Shown here: one piece after another, positions 35,611 through 48,570 of the stretch
Layout of the letters: every line of letters begins with the position of its first letter
How positions within the stretch are numbered: the stretch's first letter is position 1
The notes under the pieces: generated by a model
What the model was told of the DNA's origin: nothing
What the model saw: the letters and a program-made list of their open reading frames with translations, nothing else
The model's database searches: none
Program-made: the position numbers and the translations under genes
Assembly: GCA_002269645.1 (NCBI GenBank)
Contig: NIVC01002707.1
Coordinates: forward strand, 1-64,000
DNA length: 64,000 bases
Direction of reading: 5' to 3'
Source: Macrostomum lignano
Lineage: Eukaryota

Positions 35611-36876
35611 TGCTCTAGCTGTGACCCTGCGTATTTTGTTGTTGTTGTCTCAAAGGATACTCGAACATGTACACAACAAGTGTCTCATGCATACAGATAT
35701 TTTTACTCTTTATTACTTTAATTCTTACTTTGAGCGGTACGAGCGTAAGAAAAACGTTGAATAGCTTGAGAAAATTGAACAAATAAATGAAATTTCATCG
35801 ATTTTCTCTTAACATGGGGGAACAATTAGTCATTGTTCTGACGGCGTCGGCACCTTCAGCAGATGGCACCAGGCGATTATAGATGCCCCCATTTTGAATT
35901 TCTCTGATGCGCGGATCAAGCCTCGACAGTGAGCAAGCCTCAACTGCTCGACATCCTCATCTAGTTTATTCTCGAGTGCGTCATCAGCGAGATCTGCAAA
36001 CGGCATCGGACAATGCTTGCGCATTGTGAGACCGTAAACCGAGCGGCAGACTGACCTACTTGAGTAGCTGTATGAGGGTGCCCGTCAGAACTTCAAGCCG
36101 AGTTGGGCTCTTCTTTAGTTTATATATTAGTCGTGTAAAATGTACATTTTACTGTGCATGTACGCTGATTTACGTAAATAAAGCCATCAAGTGTTTGGTA
36201 TCCGAATTCTGATTCAGTCCAAGGACTACTACTAGACTAAACGAAATGTTCCTAGTGGTCCATGATTCAGTCATGCTAATGCCAGTAAACTGTTTTAGTC
36301 ATTATATCAAAGTTTTTTAATGAACCGGATCAGCGAAATGTACAACGCAAAAATTTTATTTTGATTTAACACGGACTCAACACTTTTCGTGCAGTGTGTT
36401 ACTTTTTGATTTTGTGTCACCATGCGGGAAGTACATGCCTTTATGGTAGCACGCTTAGTACACGGAAAAAGTTTGATTGAGCAGATTCACATGCAATTAG
36501 GATCAGTAGTAATATAGAATTATGTGCTACATATAGATATAAATCAACTGTAATTTGCTGTTACAAAATGTAGAAGACAAGTTCTTCGAGCATGGAAGTT
36601 CTTAGGGTTTAGCCAACAGCTGCATTAATGGACTGCAGGATGCAGATAGTTAGTTTTGGGACATACTACACGCATACATGTTCAGTTAAACACACATGAG
36701 CAAGACACTTGGGAGAAGTCATCAGAGATACTAAAGCAAGGCAGCAAAAAAGGCGCCACTAGGGTGTCGGTCTGTTTTCAAGGTGAAAAATGACAGCCCA
36801 GCTGTCAGATGATCATGGCGTGTCCATTTAGGTTTTGTATTATGTAGTTATGTATACAGAGGCCGATCGGTCGCAC

Positions 36877-37449
36877 TCAGTGACGCCCGCAGTCAGTCGC
36901 TGGTGCCTGTTTGCGATTATCGGCCGAGGCGAAAGCGGGCAGTAGACGCCGCCTGCTGGGGTCCATGGCACTGTGTGCCCTGTGCTTCCGCTGCTGTCGC
37001 TGGCCACGGCTTGAGCGGCTGGCATCGGCTGCGGCTTGAAGCTCCCGCCGATGCCGACGCTCCCGACGGGCCTCTTCGTCGAGATCCAGCGACTCGTAAG
37101 GCGCTTTTGTTTGAACTTCGTCGATGCCGTAGACGGCGAATAGGCGGCGGAGGCCCCGGCTCGGTAGGCCGCAGAAGATGTTAGCGAAGGCGTTGCGCCG
37201 GCTGCGACCCACCGGGCAGTGATCGAAGAGCACCTTGTCGTCCGACTTGACCTCCTCGCCAAGCAATCGGGCGAGCTTGTTGACGCTGGCTATCTTTGCC
37301 GCGGCTAACTGGTCAAGGCCGCTGACGCATTCGTCGTAGCTGCCGCGGCCAGAGGAACTGGAGGCAGCTCCGGATGAGGCACCGCTGCCGCAGCGGCAGA
37401 ATCCATCGCGGGCCTTCTTGCCGAGAGCCGATAGAGTCACGTTCTTCAT
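36877..37449 (-). CDS. hypothetical single-exon protein (190 aa)
   Basis: ATG-initiated GC-rich ORF in AT-richer flanks, with host-like low-complexity segments. No domain recognised. Confidence 0.5.
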   Translation of the reverse strand: MKNVTLSALGKKARDGFCRCGSGASSGAASSSSGRGSYDECVSGLDQLAAAKIASVNKLARLLGEEVKSDDKVLFDHCPVGRSRRNAFANIFCGLPSRGLRRLFAVYGIDEVQTKAPYESLDLDEEARRERRHRRELQAAADASRSSRGQRQQRKHRAHSAMDPSRRRLLPAFASADNRKQAPATDCGRH

Positions 37450-40400
37450 TTCGTGCGCTAGTCAAAGTGTCGATAGAGCCGCGTTTGTGCTTGGTGAAGT
37501 TGCTTCGTAGCCTAAGCTTGAAGCGTCTACCTCGATCGCGCTGCTCGCTTATATAGACTGAGAAGGGCGGAATTCAGTTGCTAATTTTATCCTCCTAGCT
37601 CCCTACTAGTGAGTCACCATCGCTCCGCGTCATTACAGTAGTAATTGTGAAAGCTCCGTCGCTGTTCCCCACTCTCCAGCCTTCCTTACCCCCTCAATTG
37701 TTAGCAAGCGCACAAGGCATGCCTTAAAAAGTAATTTTCCCTGCCTCGCCTCTCCATATTTTTACTCTCAATTCCTTCCTTCCCCTCATCTCCTTCTCAT
37801 ACTTTGGTACTCAGCGTCTACCTGAGCAGGAGGAGGGAGAAGGGAGTCAGCTCAGGCAGGGCAGCGCGAGGCAACCCTGCTGCACCCAATCCAAACTTTG
37901 CATTGAGCATCAAATTAGCCAAAAAAGGTTCAAGCAGCACCTATAGGGATTTGAGGATGCGGGGTTGAATAGAGATTTCCCCCCGCCAATGCGCAGCCCA
38001 CTTCAGCCTCCTCACATTGATTGAGAGCAAGCAGTTCAAAACGAGAGCGAGCCCATACCTCTGTGAGCATCGATTAAACATGGCTCAGGAGGGGATGACT
38101 CAGTGAGCTGGAATGCCTGAGTTTGCACACGCGGCCGCAACTTCCAAATAGGGGTGGAAGGCAATTTTCCACTTTTTTTCTAATTACAGCACAGCAAGAC
38201 AGATCAGTGCAGCTGCGTGCCGTCCTCCGCTGCTGGCATGGCAACAACTAGACGCCAAGCAGCATCAGCTTGCGCTACAATCGCCCACACAACTGTCTGG
38301 AGAGCTGCTGGCAGCCGGAAAATTCCAGTAAGGGTGGCCTCTTAAGAGCCTTTAGGATTTTTTAGCATTTCCGACAACAAGATAGCGTTGGTCGGTTGCC
38401 ATGGCGGTTGCCTTTGGATAAATGTATTTCTATACTATGTACTTATAGACATTCAATTCAAATCACAGTAATTAATCTGTCATTCGGCTCCCTTACTACT
38501 AAGTAAAAATGGTAAGAATTCAGCGTTTGACCCGATATCTCTTTACTGAAAGAAAGAGGCTGATTACGTAGTGTGGCTTAGTGGTGGTGCTTTTCACAGC
38601 CATGAGGACCAACCAAGGCACAGAGAGTGTACATGCTTTACAATTTAGGGTCGATGAGCCCCTCGCTGTGCACCCTGTCAGCGTGTGTACGAGTGTGTCT
38701 GCGTACAGTGTTGACGCACTTGTAAGAGCCCGTATGTGCTCAGGAATGAGCAGAATTGCCTCAGCGCTGCATGCTTGTGGGACCATGTCGCCAAAGGCGT
38801 TACGCCAGTGTGACCCACAACCCTCTTCCGAATATACATCATTGTTATACCATTAAATCCACGCGTACAATCTATACTGGATTAGTATTGGGGGCAACAT
38901 AAGCAAAAACATTATGCCGCAAGGAGCTTTTACAGCAAAGACTTCTTGTAGCAGAAACTTCTGAAATTCGAGCCCGAAAATATTCTTGTTATAGCGTCTC
39001 TCATTACGAGTATAAATTATAGCAGTACAGGAACTCAATTCGAGTTTTCAAATGTAACTAATCTCGAATTTACAAGTATGCCCCGATCCTAAAGCTTGAA
39101 CAATTAGTTTAATTACGCCCGTTTCTTTCATCTCCTCACGTTTGTTCCTGCAATACGACGAGATATCGACGACTAAGCCTTCCTTTATTTGTAGCACGTA
39201 CCGCTACAGGGCCACTGGATCATACAGATGCAACTTCAGTACAACTCCAATATGCATGTTCATGCCGAATTTTTGCCAGCCTATTCATGTCTTTGTCAGC
39301 CGTCGTTTGCCATGCCAGAGATTTGCCAACTAACAATAAGCATCCCATTCTCCCTATTCATTGGTACATTAAGTATACATTTCAATACTCTAAATTCATG
39401 CACATGTACATGTCATGTACCATGTGACTTACATATACTTTCTGAATGACGCTTAAGCAAAATACTGTATATGCGGGGCACGTGGGCCGATGGCGTGCTG
39501 GCTGGCTAGTACTAGGTATCCCACATATATGCGCATGTGTAACTTCGACATGGTCTAAACTATACGTTGTGCGTTTCAATAGTACGCAGGCAAGGAGCTG
39601 AGGAAAGTTTAAAATGCAGATAATTAGATAGAAATAGAAAACTAATACTGTACCAAAAAGTAGCTAGCTTTGATTATGTTGAGTTTTTGAAGGCACTGTA
39701 CATTCATAATAGTAGGGTTCATTCATTCTTCCTTTCTAAGCCGCTAATTTACGTCGACTAGGACCTGATTCTAAAAATAGTAAAGAATTCGATTAAAACA
39801 AATTTTAATTAAGAAACTGTTTTCAATAATTATTTCATTTCTTTTAAAAGTTATTTATTTACGTTTAAAGGGTTTTTGAGATTTTCATAGCCATGCATTA
39901 CTTCTACCAGGATGAGTGTTGCAATCTCAGTCAAGGAAAAAATTCCGGCACGGATCTTTTTATTTCGTCAATTTTTTTAAGCTCTAGTTTGACATTGGCA
40001 TGAGGAATCAAGATTTTATGGTTTGTGAATAGTAATTATTAAGTAGTAATATCATTAAAATAATAAAAAAATAAAAACAAGTTGTTATTCATTGACATTG
40101 AGTCATTGTCTATGATGTCAGTCTTTTGGTTTGGTTTTAGTAGGCCCCCCCTAGGATGGGCGTGGGCGATGGGGGGCTAGCCAGCCAGCTATTGCCTATT
40201 GTTTGGAAATCAAATTGACATGTAGTAATTGCAATGTATCTTCCTAAGTAGCAATCGTACCATCGTGTATAACTCTATTTCACATAAAAAATATATAATG
40301 CAGGATTGCAGGATAGTTTAGTTCAGACATGACTAGCACTAGGCTAGGCCTAGGCCCCTATACATTGGCAAGTTGAGCTAAATGAGACCAAGTAATGCTG

Positions 40401-41147
40401 ACTGCACCAAGGTCAACTAACAGCTATATAACCTAGTAGTGTAGCATAAGTGTTTTTTAATTCATTGCAAACTATCAATCATATTAAAATTTGTTATAAT
40501 AAATATAAAAAATTATGTTTAATTCTAGAGTCTTCAATTATGACTTATTATCTATTTAAATATTCTGTCATCTCCTGCTGCACTGCATTGTTACATTGCT
40601 CCATGCTGCACTAACCTAAAATAAAATTACAAAAATGTGAGCTAGACATATCTAAAAACTTTTTCTATAAGGGCCAATACTACTTTTTTCCAACTTGGCT
40701 GTTGGCAGTCAAGTTTTTCACAAAAGGCCTCAAGTACTCAATTTGAAACTTGGTGAGTTGAATACTCATCTGGCCTGTATTCAGTAATAATCACTATAGA
40801 TGATTTGCCATTTTTGCTGTTGGTTTGAGTATACAATATTACATTGATTGCTAGTCTCTATATATACTAAAAGTGACAATGTTTGTCTGTCTATATGTGT
40901 GTGTATATGTTGCAATTGAACATCTAGACTACTAGAAAGTCAGCATCAAAACTTATAAGAGAAAACTTCTACTTGTAAAAATCAAAACTGTCTATGTGTT
41001 TCCCTAGTCTGGCAAGATGTGGAAAAAATAGGTTTCAAAATTAACTAACTTTTGGCTACTATAAGTTTGCTCCACATAAAGCAATTGACTTCAAACTTGA
41101 CACAATTCTTCATTGACTCTTTCTCTGTCTAAATATAAAGTTTCAAC

Positions 41148-42477
41148 ATGTGAGGGTTCCCCAATAGATAGGCCTATTCCCGACAAATATTTTCTCCTTC
41201 GAACAGATAATTCAAACAAAAAATGAATTATGTTTCGGGATGCATTACTTACTCTGATGCCATATTCAGCTTTAAATTTTTTAGACAAAAATTTTATGTC
41301 TTAAAGAAAAAAAAATATTGGTACAAATACAAAGTGTGTCAAAACAAATTTTATCACACATTCCTTACAAAAAAATTCTCACGCCAAAAAACTTATGAAG
41401 TAATGGAAGCAATGAATTTTTTGTCAGTTTCTGACGCATGTCTCAGCTTTGTAATGACACCTTAGACACATGTCTGACTTTTGTATTTCCCAGGATATCT
41501 GCTTCCAAAGTGTGCTTTCCGTGAGTCATTCATCATCCGTACCAGGACCAACCAAAACTTTGACTTATTGCTCCATATCAAACATGGCATTCCAACAGAC
41601 TATTGCTTGCCAGAAGCAATTTTTTTATTCTTGTCAGCAAGACTCAGTCTACGCAACACAGTTTGCAATCAATTGCTTATGTGGAATTAGATTTGACGGG
41701 ATTCCAATCAAGCAACTACTGAGTTTGAGCAACTACTCACTTTATTCATACAACCATTTGTTCTTTCCCCTCAACTACGATAGTAACTGCAATAATCTAT
41801 ACATAGTACAAGAAGACATTTACACGAATACAGTTGTTCTTAATGAGTTATTATTATTTGTTTTGAGAAACTGCTTGTAATACTTTACAAAAAACTTATG
41901 TCGACAATATACTTTTTGCCACCAGATTTGCCAAGAAACAGACATTGTTCAGGAATAACACAAAAGCTAGCTGGCTTATCTTAAGGTGTCATTTTGAAAC
42001 CAAAGAGCTCAAAAAATATCTCGAAAAATATGCAAACCAAGCATGTGTTTGATTGCATGTCTCGTAGTATGCTTAAGCAAAAGACACAGTGAGAGATATA
42101 TAGACATAACCCACAGAATGCACAATTTGGAAGCAGATATCCAGGAAATACAAAAGTCAGACATGTGTCTAAGGTGTCATTACAAAGCTGAGACATGCAT
42201 CAGAAACTGACAAAAAATTCATTGCGTCCATTACTTCATAAGTTCTTTGGCATGATAATTTTTTTGTAAGGAATGTGTGATAAAATTTGTTTTGACACAC
42301 TTTGTATTTGTACCAATTATTTCTTTAAGACATAAAATTTTTGTCTACAAAATTTTAAAGCTGAATACGGTGTCAGAGTAAGTAATGCATCCCGAAACAT
42401 AAATTCATTTTTTGTTTGAATTATCCGTTCGAAGGAGAAAATATGTGTCAGGAATATCTGTTGGGGAACCCTCACAT
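41148..42477. mobile_element. non-autonomous long-TIR DNA transposon with 9-bp TSD (Mutator/foldback-like)
   Basis: About 375-bp imperfect inverted arms (41148-~41526 and ~42109-42477) with ends ATGTGAGGGTTCCCCAA. Direct repeat AGTTTCAAC at 41139-41147 and 42478-42486. Confidence 0.85.
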
Positions 42478-42882
42478 AGTTTCAACTCTATAAGTCAATC
42501 AGAACAGAAACTGTAAGCATGTGAAGTTTGTCTGCTTCTTCTGTTGTTTGTGCCACTTACTCACTCATTCTCCTGGAGCCAGTCCAAGGGTTAGGCAATA
42601 GGGCTGAATGTACATGTACCTTTCTTATAGCTCTATTGAGATTCATAAAGCTTTTTGTTCTGAAAATTAGGATTCTATATTAATTTTTTTTCTACATACA
42701 ATTGCACATGTCTTGTGCCTGAAGACCATTAAGATGGCACAGCTTGGCTCATTGGTTTTATGAATCTATTTTATCATTTTTAGCTGACTGTGTAAGAATA
42801 TGTATAACAGAGATGATAGATTCATAAAACCAAAGATTCGAGCTATGCCATACATTTTTATGACTTTTAGGTACATGAAATA

Positions 42883-43867
42883 CGAGGGGTGTCCAAAAAG
42901 TAGTGATACTTTCAACTGTAGCTCTCGTTCTATAGCTTCCTGTGATTTAAAATTTTATGAACTGATAGCGGCAAATCTCTTCTATAGACTGCTTTTTGAA
43001 TTTTTAAAATTGATACCAGAGAACAAAAGTTATACCCACAAAAGTAACAGTACCTGTATCATAGAGTTACACAAACTATATCAAAATTTATGATAGTCGA
43101 CTTCTGCACTTATTCATTAAGAAGGCATCGATAAATGTCTTGTTTAAGCAATACCAAAGCCCAATTGCAAAATGACGCTCACTGTGACTGACTGAAATTT
43201 GTCTATGGACAGAATCATGCGCAGAAAAATAAAGCAATAAATTCATTACTTTACTTGCAAACAGAGGAGCTTGCATTTTGCAATTGATTTCATTGCCCAT
43301 ACTCGACAACACACATGGATGTGCACTCAGTTGTTGCTCAGCAAAGTACCATCTTCACTCTTTGGGGTGCTGGCCATAGTGCCCTAGAAATTTACACAAA
43401 ACTTTGCTCTGCGCACGGATCCTCTGCAGTCAGCAAAATGACAGTTTATCGATGAATTGAGCAGTTCAGTGAGGGAAGGACTGACTTGGCAGATCAGCAT
43501 CGGATGGGGCGGCCATACATTCATTGACCTGATGTACTGGCGGACTCCATTCTGAATCTTCTTGACGAGGACTCCCGAATGACCATTAGAGAGATCGCTG
43601 ACAGGTTGGACAAGCCGAAATCAACAATTCATTGAAGCTTACTCAGCATGGATCTCGTGAAGCTCAGCCTATAATTTGTGTAACTCTATGATACAGGTAC
43701 TGTTGCTTTCATGGGTATAACTTTTGTTCCCTGGTATCAATTTTAAAAATTAAAAAAGCAGTCTGTAAAAGAGATTTGCCGCTATTAGTTCTTAAAATTT
43801 TAAATCACAGGAAGCTATAGAACGAGAGCTACAGTTGAAAGTATCACTATTTTTTGGACACCCCTCG
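42883..43867 (+). mobile_element. internally deleted mariner/Tc1 element
   Basis: TA target duplication (42881-42882, 43868-43869). 193-bp TIRs begin CGAGGGGTGTCCAAAAA. Transposase N-terminal remnant at 43315-~43670 (EIYTKL...HG...VSKMTVYR*IEQF.EGRTDL.D..R.GRP...LLDEDSRMTIREIA) has three in-frame stops and no catalytic domain. Confidence 0.92.
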
Positions 43868-44175
43868 TATACATAAATTTAAAAAAAATTGACTTAGAAT
43901 CCTAACTTTCTGAACAAAAAGCTTTATGAATATAAAAACGAAACGAAACAAAAACGAAAACCAGCCTCCTTAACTTTTTCTAAGAGTTGTCCTTGTAGAA
44001 AATTTTTTGCTTTAGGAAATTATGCAATATATAAAAATACTATGATTCTTTATTTTACTGAACTCTAAATAAACATTGGATTGAATAAAATCTTCCAGAA
44101 CGCAGCGCCTCTCGCGCCCGCCCAATTAGCATCAACCAGCCAGCATAGATCAGTCAGCACCGCCACTATCCAATC

Positions 44176-47100
44176 ATGCTAGACTTCTTCACCATATTCA
44201 GCCGGGGCGGCCTGGTGCTCTGGTGCTTCCCATCTACCAGCACTCTGTTCACCAGCTCTGTGAACGCGCTGATTCGCTCCGTGCTTCTACAGGAACGAGG
44301 CGGCGGCGGTGATGCGTTCTGTCACGAGTCTCTGGCGCTGCGGCACCGGCTAGACAACGAATACGAGCTGGTGTTCGTTGTCTGCTACCAGAAGGTGCTG
44401 CAGCTCAACTATGTTGACAAGTTCCTTGACGACATTCATCGGGAATTCCGTGACAAGTACAAAAACGAGCTGACCAGCGGCCAGTTCGCTGCCGGATTTG
44501 ACGACTTCCAGTCCGTCTACGCCCGGGTGCTGCAGGCCAGCGAGTCCGCCGCCCGGGCCAACGCCAAGCGGCCCAAGGAGATGCGCACCTACGTTGAATC
44601 CGAGAAGTCCAAGAAAACTGTCAGCTCAATGATTGTCGGAGCTGAGCAGCCCGCCGCCGCCTCCTCTGCTACCAAATCGGCGCCCGGCGCCAAGTCCGCT
44701 AAAAATGGCGCCAGCGCCAAGGCTCCGGCCAAGGCCCAGCCGGCGGCGCCAGCTGCCGAGTCAAAGAAGCCGACGGAGGCGCCACCAGCAGCGGCCGGGA
44801 GCAACGGCCAGCTGGACGAGGAGACCCGGCTGCGCAATCTGGAGCGGTTGGCCGCTAAGAAGCTCGGCGGCAAAGCCAGCAAGCAGACATCGCCCACAGT
44901 TGCTTCGAGCACGGGCTCGGAGACCGGGTCAGGCAAGCGGGTGAAGCAGAAGACTGTCTGGGCGGACAGCAAGCTGTCCAGAGCCGAGATGGAGGCGCTG
45001 GACCGCAGCGACGATAAGCCGACAGGCCCGAATGGCGCCAGCGACTCCGGCGAAGCCGCCGCCGATCCGGCGCTGATAAAGCAGAAACGCGACATGATTG
45101 GCGACCTGAAGGAACTCAGCGTCCAGCCAGTCGATTCGGCCGACGCCGGTGACGATGACAGCGACAGCGACGGGGCTGCTGACGCTGGCAACGCCGCGCC
45201 TGCGGCTGGTGGCAAAAGCGGCGGCGGCGGCCTATTCGGCATGTTCCGCGGTCTGGTTGGCTCGAAGACTTTGAACCGGGAGGATCTGGCGCCGGTGCTA
45301 GACAAGATGCGCGACCATCTGGTGGCTAAAAATGTTGCCGCTGAGATTGCCGGCAAGCTGTGCGACTCGGTGGCCGCCAGGCTGGAGGGCCGCACAGTTG
45401 GCGCCTTCTCCACCGTGGCCTCCACCGTCCGCTCGGCGATGACGGACGCCTGCCTGCAGATTCTGAGTCCTCGCCGTCGGGTTGACATCCTGCGCGACGC
45501 TTTGGACGCCAAGGCGCGCGGCCGGCCCTACAGCATAGTGATGTGCGGCGTCAATGGTGTGGGCAAGAGTACTAATTTGGCTAAGATCGCCTTCTGGCTC
45601 ATCGCCAATGGCTGCCGCGTGCTGATCGCCGCCTGCGACACGTTCCGGTCTGGCGCTGTTGAACAGCTGCGAACTCACGTGCGGCGTCTGGCTGCCGCGT
45701 ATCCGCCTGGTAAGGACGGTGTGATAAATTATTATCAAGAGTATTGACGTGTGTGTATGTACTAGTCTAAAATGACAAAAAGGTTGCACACTGAAAGACA
45801 TGTCACACTGATTCTACTAGCACTGAGATTCAGGAATTCAGGTTATCACTGATGAGTTTAGCTCAAATAATACAGAAGGGTAGTTAGGTAAATAGGTGTT
45901 TAGGTGTGTACGTTGTTATATAGATGTAACGGGTAGATGTGTCTTCAGGTAGCTGTGTAGCTGTGTAGGCAGGCAGGTAGGTATGTAGTTGTATAGGTAG
46001 GTATGTAGTTGTGTAGGTAGATATGTAGTTGTGTAGGTAGGTATGTAGTTGTGTAGGTAGGTATGTAGTTGTGTAGGTAGGTATGTAGTTGTGTAGGTAG
46101 GTATGTAGTTGTGTAGGTAGGTATGTAGTTGTGTAGGTAGGTATGTAGTTGTGTAGGTAGGTATGTAGTTGTGTAGGTAGGTATGTAGTTGTGTAGGTAG
46201 ATATGTAGTTGTGTAGGTAGGTATGTAGTTGTGTAGGTAGGTATGTAGTTGTGTAGGTAGGTATGTAATTGTGTAGGTAGGTATGTAGTTGTGTAGGTAG
46301 GTATGTAATTGTGTAGGTAGGTATGTAGTTGTGTAGGTAGGTATGTAGTTGTGTAGGTAGGTATGTAATTGTGTAGGTAGGTATGTAGTTGTGTAGGTAG
46401 GTATTTAGTTGTGTAGTAGGTATTTAGGTAGTTAGACATTACGGTTACATTACATTACGGCACCATAGTTGATTAGTAACATGCTTGGGCGCAACCTTGG
46501 GATTCACCCGGCCGTTTCTATTGGCAACACACACATGTAAGTCGCTATTGGACGGAATAGTAGTCACGTGACTGCTCTCAGCCAAAAGCGACTTACATGT
46601 GTGTGTTGCCAATAGAAACGACCGGGTGATTCCCAAAGTTGCGCATGTTTGATTAGTAAGTCTGATTATTAATTCAATAACGTTTGGATTCTTTCTTATC
46701 GGCACAGGGGGTTGCTTACATTTGTCAGCCAGATAAGTTCGGTTGACAGCATTGGAGTCTCGATAAAAAACGATTCGAGAAGCAGTACTGGTCTGCGTTT
46801 TTTAATTCGGTATTTGGCATTTCACAATCCCGAAAATTCGAAAGCTCGAGGCTTCAAAAAGTTGAAACTTATGAAACTCGAAGCCCCCTAAACACAAAAC
46901 TTCATAAAGTCGAAGGCAATGCTTGAAAAACCTTGACAAACAATGCTTCATAAACCCAAATCTTGGTAAACTCAAATCTTGATAAACTCAAATTAAGCTT
47001 CATAAACCCAAAGATTGATGTACTCAAATCTTAATAAACTCAAAACTTCATAAACTCACTCAAATCTTGATAAACTCAAAGCTTCATAAACTCACTCAAG

Positions 47101-47751
47101 TCATGATAAACTCAAAGCTTCATGAACTCACTCAAATCTTGATAAACTCATAGCTTCAAAAACTTGAAAGCAGTACTTAATAATCTTAAACTTCGTAAAC
47201 TCAAAGCTTTATTAATAATCTAAGTATTCATACATTTCAAAACTTCATAAACATCCGCATGATACTACTCGCCAGAGTCGGACGGGTCCAGCTACGTGGA
47301 ACTATACGAGAAAGGCTACGGCAAAGATCCGGCCGGGGTTGCCATGGAAGCGCTCAGGTACGCGTCTACTAAACGATTCAACGTGTGCTTGATTGACACG
47401 GCCGGCCGGATGCAGGACAATGAGCCGCTGATGCGCGCCTTGGCTAAGCTGGTCAGCGTTAACGAGCCGGACCTGGTGCTCTTTGTCGGCGAAGCTCTCG
47501 TTGGCAACGAAGCCGTCGACCAGCTGGTGAAGTTCAACCAGTCCCTGGCTGACATGAGCCAGTCTGAACAGCCGCACACCATTGACGGCATTGTGCTGAC
47601 AAAATTCGACACAGTTGATGATCAGGTTGGTGCGGCTATTAGCATGACGTACATCACCGGACAGCCTATCGTGTTTGTAGGCACCGGACAGACCTACACG
47701 GATCTGAAGGCTCTGAGCGCTAGCGCCGTTGTCAACACTCTGCTGCGTTGA
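44176..47751 (+). CDS. SRPRA: signal recognition particle receptor alpha subunit (2 exons: 44176-45709, 47276-47751; 669 aa)
   Basis: SRX-domain start [16 protein letters not shown]; GTPase motifs [23 protein letters not shown] and TKFDT; [14 protein letters not shown]. Phase-1 intron CCT G|gtaagg...gccag|AG. Confidence 0.97.
45950..46425. repeat. intronic minisatellite, 20-bp unit GTAGGTAGGTATGTAGTTGT
   Basis: About 23 copies in the SRPRA intron. Confidence 0.96.
46478..46649. mobile_element. 172-bp hairpin MITE with 8-bp TSD
   Basis: Termini AACATGC...GCATGTT; ~58-bp near-perfect inner arms (46489-~46546 and ~46587-46644); TGATTAGT repeated at 46470-46477 and 46650-46657. Confidence 0.75.
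46945..47250. repeat. degenerate AAACTCAAA(G/T)CTT(C/G)AT-type repeat
   Basis: Imperfect tandem copies at the 3' end of the SRPRA intron. Confidence 0.7.
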
Positions 47752-48334
47752 ATTTTTTGGATACATTAAGTTAGGCATGTCCCAACTGCGCTACTGAAAG
47801 TAAGGAAAAATGTTTGCATAAATTCAAAAAGATAATAAAATTATTATCTATGGGAATTGATAATAGTTATGAGAATCTGGTTTTGAGGTTCTAACTGACT
47901 TACTTTTAATTCATTCGTTATGCAAATAGCTCGGATTCTTAACGAGCTTGCACTGCAAAAATTGATTTGGGTATTTATTATTATATTCTGCATTGAATTG
48001 TCCTATATTGCTGTTCTATATTGTTGTGTGTGTCTGTGTTTTGGTTAAAATCAATGCTCGATCTTTATTCGCCAAAAATATTTATGTACGCTCGTGAATA
48101 ATCTGTTTGCTAACTCTGTATCGAATCTTTGGTGATCGTTACTTTTGCGCTCTGCCATTTTTTTGCTTGTCTTGTGTGTTGCTTTAATCTTCTTTCTGTT
48201 GGCCACGACTTCAAGTAGAAGAAGGTGATGAAATGAGGACGGTTAAATTTCTTTGGAAACTTAATTATTTCCAAAGAATTACTTTATTACTTAATTACTT
48301 TTTAATCGCTGACACTAGCTGCTAGGGTAAATGC

Positions 48335-48570
48335 ACCCCAATGTACACTCTCCTCACCAGCCCTCTTACCCCAATGTACACTCCCGACCAGCTAGCTCCC
48401 TTACCCAAATGTACACTCCCGACCAGCTAGCTCCCTTACCCAATGTACACTCCCGACCCGCTCCCTTAACCCCAATGTACACTCCTGACCGGCTCCCTTA
48501 CCCCAGTGTACACTCCCTCCCAGCCCCCTCACCAAAATGTGTAGTCCCGACCAGTCCATCCCCCAATGTA
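48335..48570. repeat. degenerate ~35-bp repeat containing CCCAATGTACACTCC
   Basis: About 6 diverged copies. Confidence 0.75.

Noticed and set aside
38394-38412. Partial RFX X-box GTTGCCATGGC
   Set aside because: Second half-site is imperfect and no linked ciliary gene start was identified.
38560-38760. HTGSYKC...RRHTRTH resembling a C2H2 finger on the minus strand
   Set aside because: Second Cys and spacing are missing and the frame has nearby stops; likely chance.
41470-41880. 136-aa ORF inside the foldback element
   Set aside because: AT-rich, overlaps the TIR and has no transposase motifs; not supportable as coding.
44589-45512. 307-aa antisense ORF and similar shadow ORFs over GC-rich exons
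   Set aside because: Expected on the opposite strand of GC-rich coding sequence; no independent motifs.
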